Shown piece after piece: positions 41,352-49,774 of a DNA stretch of 64,000 bases; position 1 is the stretch's first letter; every line of letters starts with the position of its first letter. A model generated the notes under the pieces. That model ran no database searches and had not been told where the DNA came from. It saw only the letters and a list, made by a program, of their open reading frames with translations. Both the position numbers and the translations under genes were made by a program. This DNA is from an uncultured delta proteobacterium (lineage in GTDB: Bacteria; Desulfobacterota; Binatia; UBA9968), in contig CAVUZH010000016.1 in assembly GCA_963745835.1 (NCBI GenBank), forward strand, positions 224,001 to 288,000. The letters run 5' to 3'.

Positions 41352-42221
41352 TTATGGCTTCTGATAGAAATTGGCGTAGAAATGATCCGCTATTTCGGCG
41401 CCAGTGGCTTTCCAAACACCCTCATGAGCGCAGATATATTCTAGCGCCTTATCGAGATACTTGGTCCGGAACGCCAGCCCGATCACAAAGGGATGCAACG
41501 GAATGGTCATGACCCTGGGCTGCGATGCGCCTTCGGCATACAAGGTATCGAACTGATCGCAGACCATTTGCAACCAATCTTTGGGCGTGTGACCGCCCTG
41601 AAAAATGACCCGAATATCGTTGAGTCCCTGCTGGTAAGGAATGCCGATCATGCGCCCCGATTTTACGCGCATCGGCACCGGCTGATCGTCACAACCCCAA
41701 TCGCAAACGTAGTCGAACCCTTCGGCCGCCAGATGGTCCAGAGTATGCGGACTCTCGTCGCCCCCACCCGGGCCTAACCAGCCGCGCGGCGCTTTTCCAG
41801 TTGAACCGGCAATGGTTTCCTTGATCTGCCGAATCACCGCGCGCTCCTCCTCGGCCGGGTATTGGTTCATCCGGATGTTGTTGGTAACACCGTGGCCGAG
41901 CCACTCCCAGCCGCGTTTGTTACCCTCCTCGATGATTGCCGGATGATGGGCGCAAACATCAGAGTTCAACAGCACCGTAGCGCGGATACCGTGCTTGTCC
42001 AGGACTTCCATCATGCGAAACACACCGATGCGCGAACCGTAATCCCGCAACGCATAACCGGTGACGTCCGGCAACTGAGAGCTGGAAGCGCCGGGAATAA
42101 CTTTGTCGACGTGAAAGAACTCGATGTTGGGCGCGATCATCAGCGCGACTCTGGCTTTATTCGGCCAGTGAATCGGCGCGCGACGGATAATCGGCGAATA
42201 GTCATACCGGTCGGTTTGCAT
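41352..42221 (-). CDS. polysaccharide deacetylase / PuuE-like CE4 hydrolase
   Basis: WPNKARVA, RDYGSRIGVFR, WEWLGHG, PRGWLGPG, IPLHPFVIG. Confidence 0.9.
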   Translation of the reverse strand: MQTDRYDYSPIIRRAPIHWPNKARVALMIAPNIEFFHVDKVIPGASSSQLPDVTGYALRDYGSRIGVFRMMEVLDKHGIRATVLLNSDVCAHHPAIIEEGNKRGWEWLGHGVTNNIRMNQYPAEEERAVIRQIKETIAGSTGKAPRGWLGPGGGDESPHTLDHLAAEGFDYVCDWGCDDQPVPMRVKSGRMIGIPYQQGLNDIRVIFQGGHTPKDWLQMVCDQFDTLYAEGASQPRVMTIPLHPFVIGLAFRTKYLDKALEYICAHEGVWKATGAEIADHFYANFYQKP

Positions 42222-42426
42222 TTAGAACTCCTTTAGCTTGGTCCGAATGTTACCTATGACAGGGGAGTCTTTAGGTCAAGATTTTTTCTATGAGGATGGT
42301 GCCCGCCGCGCGGCGATCCACTGGAACATGATTGGGGGCCCGGCCGCTTTTGTTTTTCCTGCCGGCTGTTAGACTCCTCACAGGCATCACACACCGCCCG
42401 AATCTTTCCCAAAAAGGAGATAAGCG

Positions 42427-43956
42427 ATGGCTACTGAGAAGCTGGCGGATATCGGCCTGATCGGCTTGGCAGTTATGGGCGAAAACCTGGCCCTAAACAT
42501 TGCGGATCACGGCTTTAGAGTCGCTGTCTACAATCGCACGATCCAGGTGATGAAAGGCTTCATTGCTGCCAACCCTGACACTCCGGGCGGCCTGATTGGA
42601 TGCGCGACGTTGCCTGAGCTGCTGGCGGCGATCAAGAAGCCGCGCAAGATCATCATTCTCGTTAAAGCGGGCCCAGCCGTCGATGCCGTGACGCGACAGC
42701 TCATGGATGACGGGCTGGAAAAGGACGACCTCGTAATCGATTGCGGCAACAGCCTCTGGACCGACACCATCCGGCGCGAGAAAGACTATGCCGGTCATTG
42801 TCGCTTCTTCGGCTCCGGAGTTTCCGGCGGGGAAATCGGCGCGCGCTTCGGCCCATCCTTGATGCCCGGCGGCGATGCGCAAGCATGGCAGCATCTCGAG
42901 CCGATCTGGAAAGCCATCGCCGCCAAAGTCGATCCCGAAACCGGCAAAGCGATTGAAACCGCCAGACCAGGCCAACCCGTAGTAGGTGGAATCCCTTGCA
43001 CCGCGTACATCGGCGAGAACGGCGCCGGCCATTATGTCAAAATGATCCACAACGGCATCGAGTACATCGACATGCAGTTGATCTCCGAGGCTTACTTTCT
43101 GATGCGCAATCTGCTTGACGCCGCGCCCGATCAGCTCGCGCAAACTTTCGCGCGTTGGAACGAAGGGGATCTCGATTCTTATCTTATCGAAATCACCGCA
43201 GACATTCTAAAGCAGCGCGATCCGCAGAAGCCGGATTCATTTCTCGTCGACCATATTCTCGATACCGCCCAGCAGAAAGGAACCGGTAAATGGACCAGCG
43301 TCAACGCCCTCGACATGGGAATTCCGGCCAATGCGATCGCCGAGGCGGTCTTCGCGCGCAATCTGAGCGCGCTTAAAGATGAGCGAGTGGAAGCATCCAA
43401 ACAATTAGTGGGCCCGGAATACAGCTATAGCGGCAACCGTGAGGAACTGATCGATTCGGTTCGCGATGCGCTCTACTGTTCGAAAATCTGCGCTTATGCG
43501 CAAGGCTTTCAGCTCATGCGCGCGGCCGAGAGCGAATACAAGTGGAAGTTCGATTTCGCCTCCATCGCCGCTATCTGGCGTGGCGGCTGCATCATTCGCG
43601 CGCGTTTCCTGCAAAAGATCACCGATGCGTATAAGCGCGAGCCGCGCCTGGTGAATTTGCTGCTCGACCCGTACTTCAAGGAGCAGATTCAGAAGACTCA
43701 GTCGCGCTGGCGTTCCGTGGTGGCCATAGCCGCGCAAGCGGGCATTGCCGTTCCCGCGTTCATGTCGGCGCTGGCGTATTACGATGGCTACCGATCGGCA
43801 CAGCTGCCGGCCAATTTACTCCAGGCGCAGCGAGATTATTTCGGCGCGCACACCTACGAACGCACCGATCAGCCGCGCGGCAGATTATTCCATTTGGACT
43901 GGCCGGCACCGGATCGGCCGGAACTTCCAATCGCGAATTCCGGCAAATCCGACTGA
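42427..43956 (+). CDS. gndA: NADP-dependent 6-phosphogluconate dehydrogenase (decarboxylating)
   Basis: [53 protein letters not shown]. Confidence 0.98.
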   Translation: MATEKLADIGLIGLAVMGENLALNIADHGFRVAVYNRTIQVMKGFIAANPDTPGGLIGCATLPELLAAIKKPRKIIILVKAGPAVDAVTRQLMDDGLEKDDLVIDCGNSLWTDTIRREKDYAGHCRFFGSGVSGGEIGARFGPSLMPGGDAQAWQHLEPIWKAIAAKVDPETGKAIETARPGQPVVGGIPCTAYIGENGAGHYVKMIHNGIEYIDMQLISEAYFLMRNLLDAAPDQLAQTFARWNEGDLDSYLIEITADILKQRDPQKPDSFLVDHILDTAQQKGTGKWTSVNALDMGIPANAIAEAVFARNLSALKDERVEASKQLVGPEYSYSGNREELIDSVRDALYCSKICAYAQGFQLMRAAESEYKWKFDFASIAAIWRGGCIIRARFLQKITDAYKREPRLVNLLLDPYFKEQIQKTQSRWRSVVAIAAQAGIAVPAFMSALAYYDGYRSAQLPANLLQAQRDYFGAHTYERTDQPRGRLFHLDWPAPDRPELPIANSGKSD

Positions 43957-44046
43957 AGCATCAGTTACGAGATTCCTCGAAGCGATTGCGGTCTTAGGCG
44001 AACACGCCCCGAGTAGCTTTTTCTCAGCAGATTTGACAGAACTTGA

Positions 44047-44150
44047 CTGTTACATACCTGTTGCTGTTACATTAGGAGGCATTTTGGCACCCCCAGGAGG
44101 TTAATGTACGGTAATCGCCATGCTTATTACCTGGATTTCAGTTACATTAA
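44047..44150. promoter_or_regulatory. repeated GTTACAT motifs and inverted repeats upstream of the Rdh-like operon
   Basis: CTGTTACAT at 44047 and 44064, GTTACAT at 44141; TTAATGTA (44101-44108) / TACATTAA (44143-44150). Confidence 0.45.
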
Positions 44151-44188
44151 GAACGGCAGTTTGACAGCCAGGAGGTTCACGAACGACG

Positions 44189-44587
44189 ATGGCCATCCCC
44201 GGAGAAAAAGCAATTCAAATGGTGCGCAACGCGCATACGCAGGCAACGCAGTTGGACATCGCGGTTACGGCGGTAGTTGTTGATCAGAGTGGCCGAATGA
44301 TCGCGCTGGGCAGAATGGACCGGGCTCGTCCGATTACCGTAGAAATCGCCCTGAACAAGGCCTACACCGCCGCCAGTTTTCAGCAACCCACCAAGGAGCT
44401 CGCCGGAGTCGCCGGCCAAACATGGTTTCAGAGCCTGGTCGTGTCAAGCAACGGACGCATCATGCCGGGGGCGGGCGCGCTGCCAATTGTTGAAGGCGGC
44501 GCGGTTGTCGGCGCGGTGGCGGTGGCCGGCGGCACCGAAGATCAGGACCAACGCTGCGCTGAAGTGGCGTTGGCGTCGTATGCTTAA
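44189..44587 (+). CDS. GlcG/HbpS-family (DUF336) heme-binding protein
   Basis: AVVVDQSG...RMD, IALNKAYTAASF, GALPI...VVGAVAVAGG.EDQD..CA; AGGAGG RBS. Confidence 0.92.
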   Translation: MAIPGEKAIQMVRNAHTQATQLDIAVTAVVVDQSGRMIALGRMDRARPITVEIALNKAYTAASFQQPTKELAGVAGQTWFQSLVVSSNGRIMPGAGALPIVEGGAVVGAVAVAGGTEDQDQRCAEVALASYA

Positions 44588-44672
44588 TCAAGGATGAGTT
44601 ATGAGAGCTGAAACCTGAAAAGGATTACTCCCGCTTTCCGTTTTCCGCTTTCCTAATTAAGGAGAAACTCGC

Positions 44673-45995
44673 ATGGCAGTGACTTTAGGGAAAACAACCG
44701 AATCAAACCAAAGCGCACACACTAAAGCAGACACCCCCCCGCCACCCTACCTCGGCCGCTCGGTCCGCATCGTTGGACCGGTGGTAAATGTCGACATGAA
44801 TCAGTCGCCGCATCCGAAAAATCAGCGCGGAGAATTGGGCAAGCCTCTTTTCAACTGGTATCACAACACCGTCTCCAAGGATCCTCTGACCCGGGTTTCG
44901 GCGCCAAACCATTTTGCCGACCGTCGCCATTTTCTCAGCACCATCATCAATCAGGCCACCAAGGGCAAGGTCAATCCGAGAAAAATAGAGGTGCCGGATG
45001 CGGCGGCGATGTCGCGCCACATCAAAGCGGTCGCGCATTACATGGGCGCCGACGTTGTCGCAGTTGCCCAAGCGCATCCATCCTTCCTGTACGCCGGCAG
45101 CCGCTATGTTCAAGACGGCACCGCAGAGGACGCCTATCAGGAAACATCGCCGACGGACCTTGTGAAGAAATTCCCCTACATCATCGTCGCCACCACTGCC
45201 TGGGATTACAACAAGCTTCAGGCGCATCGTCACCTGATCGGCGATGCCGCGTATCACGTCTCGCAAATCAAAGGCAACATGATTCTGAAGGCCCTGGAGG
45301 GCTACATCAAAGAACTGGGCTATACGGCGTTGCGCGGCGTCTGTACGCCGCAGGCCGCCGGCGTCGCTTCGGGAGTCGGCGAACTCGGGAGAAACGGGCT
45401 GGTCATCAACAAGACTTACGGGGCGCGCATCCACATGCCCGATCCGATCATGACCGACCTTCCTCTGGTGGCGGATCAGCCGGTCGATAATGCCGTCGAA
45501 GATTTTTGCAAGATTTGCCGGAAATGCGCTAACACTTGTCCCACCAACAGCATTCCGTTCGGCGATAAGGTCGTTCATAACGGTATCGAGAAATACAAGA
45601 TTAACTGGCTCACCTGCTACAAGTTGCGGCCGTATGTGCACGATTACTGGGGCAGCTGTCTGACCTGCGCCACGGTCTGCCCGTTTACCAAACCCAATGT
45701 CTGGTGGCACAGCCTCGCTACATGGTCTTTGCGCACCTGCCCGATCCCGGCGCGGCCCGCGCTAGTCCACGCGTTGAAATGGATCGATGACCGCTTCTGG
45801 GGAGTTGCGCGTAATAATCGCGTGCGCTGGCTCGGCTACGATTCCGGGATCAAGCCGGGAGATCAGGCGTGCACCGTCGCCGGCTGCAATGCATCGCATG
45901 AGGGAAAGGGGCCGGCCAAAGAAGTGGCCGGCAACGTCGGTTACTACGCGCCACTAAAAGAGAACACGAACCGGTTCGTCAAGCGGGATGCCTAG
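44673..45995 (+). CDS. reductive dehalogenase-like cobalamin/2x[4Fe-4S] enzyme, cytoplasmic
   Basis: IKAVAHYMGADVV, YIKELGYTA, SGVGELGRNGLVI, TDLPL, FCKICRKCANTCP and C-X11-CLTCATVCP; AAGGAG RBS; no N-terminal Tat signal. Confidence 0.85.
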   Translation: MAVTLGKTTESNQSAHTKADTPPPPYLGRSVRIVGPVVNVDMNQSPHPKNQRGELGKPLFNWYHNTVSKDPLTRVSAPNHFADRRHFLSTIINQATKGKVNPRKIEVPDAAAMSRHIKAVAHYMGADVVAVAQAHPSFLYAGSRYVQDGTAEDAYQETSPTDLVKKFPYIIVATTAWDYNKLQAHRHLIGDAAYHVSQIKGNMILKALEGYIKELGYTALRGVCTPQAAGVASGVGELGRNGLVINKTYGARIHMPDPIMTDLPLVADQPVDNAVEDFCKICRKCANTCPTNSIPFGDKVVHNGIEKYKINWLTCYKLRPYVHDYWGSCLTCATVCPFTKPNVWWHSLATWSLRTCPIPARPALVHALKWIDDRFWGVARNNRVRWLGYDSGIKPGDQACTVAGCNASHEGKGPAKEVAGNVGYYAPLKENTNRFVKRDA

Positions 45996-46621
45996 TGACC
46001 TTGCGATTGGGTCCGTTTAAACTGCCCGGGCTGAGACGAGATCCTCATAAGAACGATCCGTACTGGGATTTCTTTCTAAACACGCCGCCGGCGGATCTCG
46101 ACAACACAGTGACCGAGCTGATCCGCAATGCTCCGCCCGGCAATGTTTTTCCGACCAAGGCTGATATCCACACACCGGAGATTACCTCGAGCCATGTCAA
46201 AGGAATGGCTCACTACTTCGGCGCGGATCTGGTGGGTATCGTAAAATTACCGGCGCACAACCCATCGCCCTCGCCTCTCCCGCCAGCCGCGGATGGTAAG
46301 ATCGAAGAAGAATATCCCTTCGGAGTCATCTGCGTGGTTCGCGCTGAGTACGATCCACGCACCGCACCGGGCATTGGCGGGCAAGTGCCCGTGCAGAACG
46401 GGCTGTTCATTACCTTCGTACTGAGCGCGTGGATCAGGGAGCTCGGCTTTCGCGCCAAGGTCGCGCCCGAAACTAATGGCGAGAAGCTTGCTGCCGTGGC
46501 CGGTTTGGGCGAGATCAACGGGGACGGCCGATTAGTGACTCCTCAGTACGGCGCCGATGTTCATGTGATAAATATCATTCTGACAGATCTGCCACTCGCC
46601 GCAGACGGCACACAAATATGA
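45995..46621 (+). CDS. stand-alone reductive-dehalogenase B12-domain paralog lacking Fe-S motifs
   Basis: VKGMAHYFGADLVGI, WIRELGFRA, AGLGEI...LVTPQYG, ILTDLPLAAD then stop; TAGTG overlap with the upstream gene. Confidence 0.8.
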   Translation: MTLRLGPFKLPGLRRDPHKNDPYWDFFLNTPPADLDNTVTELIRNAPPGNVFPTKADIHTPEITSSHVKGMAHYFGADLVGIVKLPAHNPSPSPLPPAADGKIEEEYPFGVICVVRAEYDPRTAPGIGGQVPVQNGLFITFVLSAWIRELGFRAKVAPETNGEKLAAVAGLGEINGDGRLVTPQYGADVHVINIILTDLPLAADGTQI

Positions 46622-46626
46622 AAGCT

Positions 46627-46705
46627 GTTCCAGTCGTTCCAATAGTTCCACTCGTTTATGGGTTAGACAACCTGGAACAGTTGGAACGGTTGGAACAATT
46701 GGAAC
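46627..46705. repeat. inverted array of 9-bp tandem repeats
   Basis: GTTCCA at 46627, 46636 and 46645, then TGGAAC at 46673, 46682, 46691 and 46700. Confidence 0.85.
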
Positions 46706-46730
46706 GTATCTTCATGCGCAGCGAGAACTC

Positions 46731-47393
46731 ATGCCCTACGTGATCACCAGCCTGTGCACCAATGACGGAGCGTGCGTTGACGTCTGTCCGGTCGCCTGCA
46801 TTCATACGACACCGGGAGCGCCGCAATTCTACATCGACCCTGAAGTATGTATCGATTGCGAGCAGTGCGAAATCGTCTGCCCCGTGGACGCAATCTTCAA
46901 AGACATCGATATTCCGGCCGAACATCAAACTGCCATTGAGGTCAACGCCGCCTTCTTTCGCAAAAACAAGGCAGCCGCCGGCCCGGTTTCCTTCGAGACC
47001 GCTTGGCAGATGATCCGCGCCGCGCATGATTACGCGCAGATTATGGGAATGGCGGTGACAGCCACCGTGGTCGATGAGGCGGGCGGGCCGATTGCCGTGG
47101 GGCGAATGGATAGTGCCGAACCGATGACGGCAGAGCTGGCGTTTAATAAGGCTTATACCGCTGCCGCCTTTCACGTCGCCACCGCCGAACTGGCGCCACA
47201 AGCGCGGCAACCGCGATTTCACAGCCTGACGATGTCCCATCGCGGTCGCATCATGCCGGTGGGCGGAGCTATTCCGATCATTAACGGCGTGACCATCGTT
47301 GGCGCCGTCGGTGTGGCGGGTGGGAGCCGCCCGGAACAAGATATTCTCTGTTGCCGCGCCGCGCTCGCGGTCATCGAAGGCCACGGTCACTAA
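46731..47393 (+). CDS. dicluster ferredoxin fused to a GlcG/HbpS-like domain
   Basis: MPYVITSLCTNDGACVDVCPVACI...YIDPEVCIDCEQCEIVCP (FdxA-like), then VVDEAG...RMD, LAFNKAYTAAAF, VGAVGVAGG. Confidence 0.9.
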   Translation: MPYVITSLCTNDGACVDVCPVACIHTTPGAPQFYIDPEVCIDCEQCEIVCPVDAIFKDIDIPAEHQTAIEVNAAFFRKNKAAAGPVSFETAWQMIRAAHDYAQIMGMAVTATVVDEAGGPIAVGRMDSAEPMTAELAFNKAYTAAAFHVATAELAPQARQPRFHSLTMSHRGRIMPVGGAIPIINGVTIVGAVGVAGGSRPEQDILCCRAALAVIEGHGH

Positions 47394-47411
47394 ACACTAA
47401 CGAGCATCGCC

Positions 47412-47720
47412 ATGTACCTCGTTCAACTACTCTTACCGCTGTACGATAATTTGAACGCCCGATTTCCGCCTGAGGCCTTCGATTGTGTGCGGCAAGAGCT
47501 AACCGAGCATTTCGGTGGGGTCACGGCTTTTCTGCGTTCACCAGCTCAAGGGTTCTGGCGGATAGCCGAGAACGCCATCAATCGCGATGAGGTGGTTATC
47601 TTTGAAGTGATGACCGATGAACTAAACCGGCGGTGGTGGGATGGATACCGAGCAGATCTGGAACAGCGCTTCAGGCAAATCGAACTGGTGATCCGGGCAA
47701 GCTCGATCGAGAGGCTCTAA
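47412..47720 (+). CDS. small hypothetical protein (DUF3574-like)
   Basis: QLLLPL...FGGVTAF.RSPAQG.W...FRQ pattern. Confidence 0.7.
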   Translation: MYLVQLLLPLYDNLNARFPPEAFDCVRQELTEHFGGVTAFLRSPAQGFWRIAENAINRDEVVIFEVMTDELNRRWWDGYRADLEQRFRQIELVIRASSIERL

Positions 47721-47866
47721 CGACAATAGTGAGCTGGTACATCGTACTCGAATCTCAGAAACGCTTTTCGCCTCTTTGTCGCTTTCTTGTCGGCCTCTTC
47801 TCCATCAAGGTTCGGGCCGGTTCTTTTTCTCTTCTTTCCTCGCGTGTCTCTGCCCCTTGCCATCAT
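47717..47866 (-). CDS. small Lys/Arg-rich protein (49 aa, possibly frameshifted)
   Basis: GGAG RBS then MMARGRDTRGKKRKR...; below the ORF-track cutoff. Confidence 0.4.
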   Translation of the reverse strand: MMARGRDTRGKKRKRTGPNLDGEEADKKATKRRKAFLRFEYDVPAHYCR

Positions 47867-48058
47867 GATCTCCGTCACGCTGCCGAACTGTCACCGCAAC
47901 CCACCTCGAACTCGGGTAAGTTAGACTCCAGCTGCAACGTACCGTGCCGCTATCCGCTTGATTTAAATCGATAGCAGCCGATCAAAAAACGACCGGTAGC
48001 GCCGCAACGCCCAGACAACCTCTTGGTTCGGCATCGAAGACCGTTTAGTATCGTCTGC

Positions 48059-49522
48059 ATGAAAGAAATTCGTTTTGTCGATACGACACTGCGCGACGGC
48101 CAGCAAAGCCTTTGGGCATATGGCATGCGCACAGGAATGATTGTTCCGATCGCCGAGCAGATCGATAATGCCGGCTTCGAGGCGATCGAGCTCGGCGGTC
48201 CCGTGGAGCTGCCGAAGTGCGTCCGGGAGCTGCGCGAAGATCCCTGGGAGCGTTACCGGCTGGTTTTAGCTCGCATCAAGAAAACCCCGCTTCGAGTCAT
48301 TCACGGCACTCGCAGCGGCTTCGCCATTTACCCGCATGCCATTCATCAACTCTACGACCGCTGCATGGCGGATATCGGGATTAAGCAGGTGCGCATCTCC
48401 GATTCATGGAATGACCCGGCCGATTGGCAGTGGCGGGTGAAACAAGCGCGGGCCGCGGGGCTCGAACCGATCATCAATTTGATCTATACGATTTCGCCGC
48501 GGCACACGGATGAATACTATGCGCAAAAAACCCGCGAAGCGCTGAAACTGAACGTGTTCAGGGTGTGTTTGAAAGATCCCGGCGGAATCCTTACACCGGA
48601 GCGCACTCGCACTCTGGCGCGGGCGGTTCTCCAAAGCGCGAACGGCACCATCGCGGAGTTACACACGCACTGTACCACGGGACTGGGCTCTCTCTGTTGT
48701 CTGGAAGCGATCCAGGCGGGTATGACATCGATTAACACCGCAATCCCTCCGCTGGCCGACGGTTCTTCGAACCCGTCAATTTTCAACGTTGCCAAAAACG
48801 CTAAGGCGATGGGCTTTGCGCCGGTGATCGACGAAGACCCTATTCGCCCAGTGGCGGCTCATTTCACGGCAATCGCCAAACGAGAGAAATTGACTATCGG
48901 TAAGCCGCCGGAATATGACTACGCTCAATACATCCACCAAATTCCCGGCGGCATGATTTCAAATCTGCGTCACCAGCTAGGTCGCGTCGGGATGGAAGAC
49001 AAACTCGAGCGAACCCTCGATGAAGCGGCTCAGGTGCGGGCAGAATTTGGCTATCCGATCATGGTCACGCCCTTGTCCCAGTTCGTCGGCAGCCAAGCCG
49101 CCATCAATGTAATCGTTGGCGAGCGTTACAAGGAAGTGACGGATCAGACCATCGAGTACGCCTTGGGAGTCTGGGGAAAAGAAGGCGGCGCAATGATGGA
49201 CCCCGCCGTAAAGGACAAAATTCTCAGCCGCCGACGCGCCATGGAAATCGCCAGACGTGAACCGCCGCAGATGCCGCTACAAGAGTTGCGGCGAAAATTC
49301 GGCGGATCAAGCGTATCCGATGAGGAAATTTTGTTGCGCTTTTTCACCAGCAAGGAAGATGTCGATTCTATGCGCGCGGCCGGGCCTGCCCGGCTTTACG
49401 CCAATGGGGGAAATCCGCTATTGCACCTGCTCGAAGAGCTTACGAGAACAACCAATCGCTCCAGCATATCGGTTCAACGCGGCGACTTGTCGGTGCGTTT
49501 ACATAGGAACTCGGCATTATAG
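48059..49522 (+). CDS. pyruvate/oxaloacetate carboxyltransferase (PycB/OadA-like, no biotin domain)
   Basis: DTTLRDGQQSL, LKDPGG, HTHCTTG, HQIPGGMISNL, GYPIMVTPLSQFVG. Confidence 0.9.
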   Translation: MKEIRFVDTTLRDGQQSLWAYGMRTGMIVPIAEQIDNAGFEAIELGGPVELPKCVRELREDPWERYRLVLARIKKTPLRVIHGTRSGFAIYPHAIHQLYDRCMADIGIKQVRISDSWNDPADWQWRVKQARAAGLEPIINLIYTISPRHTDEYYAQKTREALKLNVFRVCLKDPGGILTPERTRTLARAVLQSANGTIAELHTHCTTGLGSLCCLEAIQAGMTSINTAIPPLADGSSNPSIFNVAKNAKAMGFAPVIDEDPIRPVAAHFTAIAKREKLTIGKPPEYDYAQYIHQIPGGMISNLRHQLGRVGMEDKLERTLDEAAQVRAEFGYPIMVTPLSQFVGSQAAINVIVGERYKEVTDQTIEYALGVWGKEGGAMMDPAVKDKILSRRRAMEIARREPPQMPLQELRRKFGGSSVSDEEILLRFFTSKEDVDSMRAAGPARLYANGGNPLLHLLEELTRTTNRSSISVQRGDLSVRLHRNSAL

Positions 49523-49719
49523 GACTCGTATCACGCACCGGAGACTAAATCTGTAGTGCTATCTTCAGTGTCGCTTGCTTCCCGCTATTGACCTCGTCTG
49601 AATCTTTACAGTCCGAGCTGGGACAGGCTCCCAAGCTAATGTGTCGCCAGCGGCACACCCTTTTCTCTCGATCATCTGTTTAACAAACTCCTAAGTAGTT
49701 CATCGCGGACTTTACTCCT

Positions 49720-49734
49720 TGGCACAGACTTTGT
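49720..49734 (+). promoter_or_regulatory. possible sigma-54 promoter
   Basis: TGGCACAGACTTTGT, one mismatch at the -12 GC, upstream of 49775. Confidence 0.3.
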
Positions 49735-49774
49735 TTTCAATCCAAGGCAGGAGCTACTGCTAAGGAGGTACGCC

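Noticed and set aside
44040-44185. Cobalamin riboswitch upstream of the Rdh-like operon (AGCCAGGAG near 44166)
   Set aside because: The GGGAA, CCCCGC-ACTGT and GCCACTG core elements are not present; an Infernal search would be needed to revive the idea
44915-44950. RRHFL twin-arginine-like motif in the Rdh-like protein
   Set aside because: It lies about 85 residues into the protein with no following hydrophobic helix, so it is not a Tat signal
44673-45995. Calling the B12/Fe-S enzyme QueG because queF is in the window
   Set aside because: queF is 31 kb away, and the sequence pattern (GADVV, GELGRNG, TDLPL, FCxxCxKCAxxCP) fits the RdhA branch better; phylogeny is still required
46627-46705. 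Mini CRISPR array
   Set aside because: Repeat unit is 9 bp, in inverted orientation, with no spacers and no cas genes
44703-47390. Long minus-strand ORFs (335 aa and 244 aa)
   Set aside because: Antisense shadows of well-supported plus-strand genes, expected at this GC content
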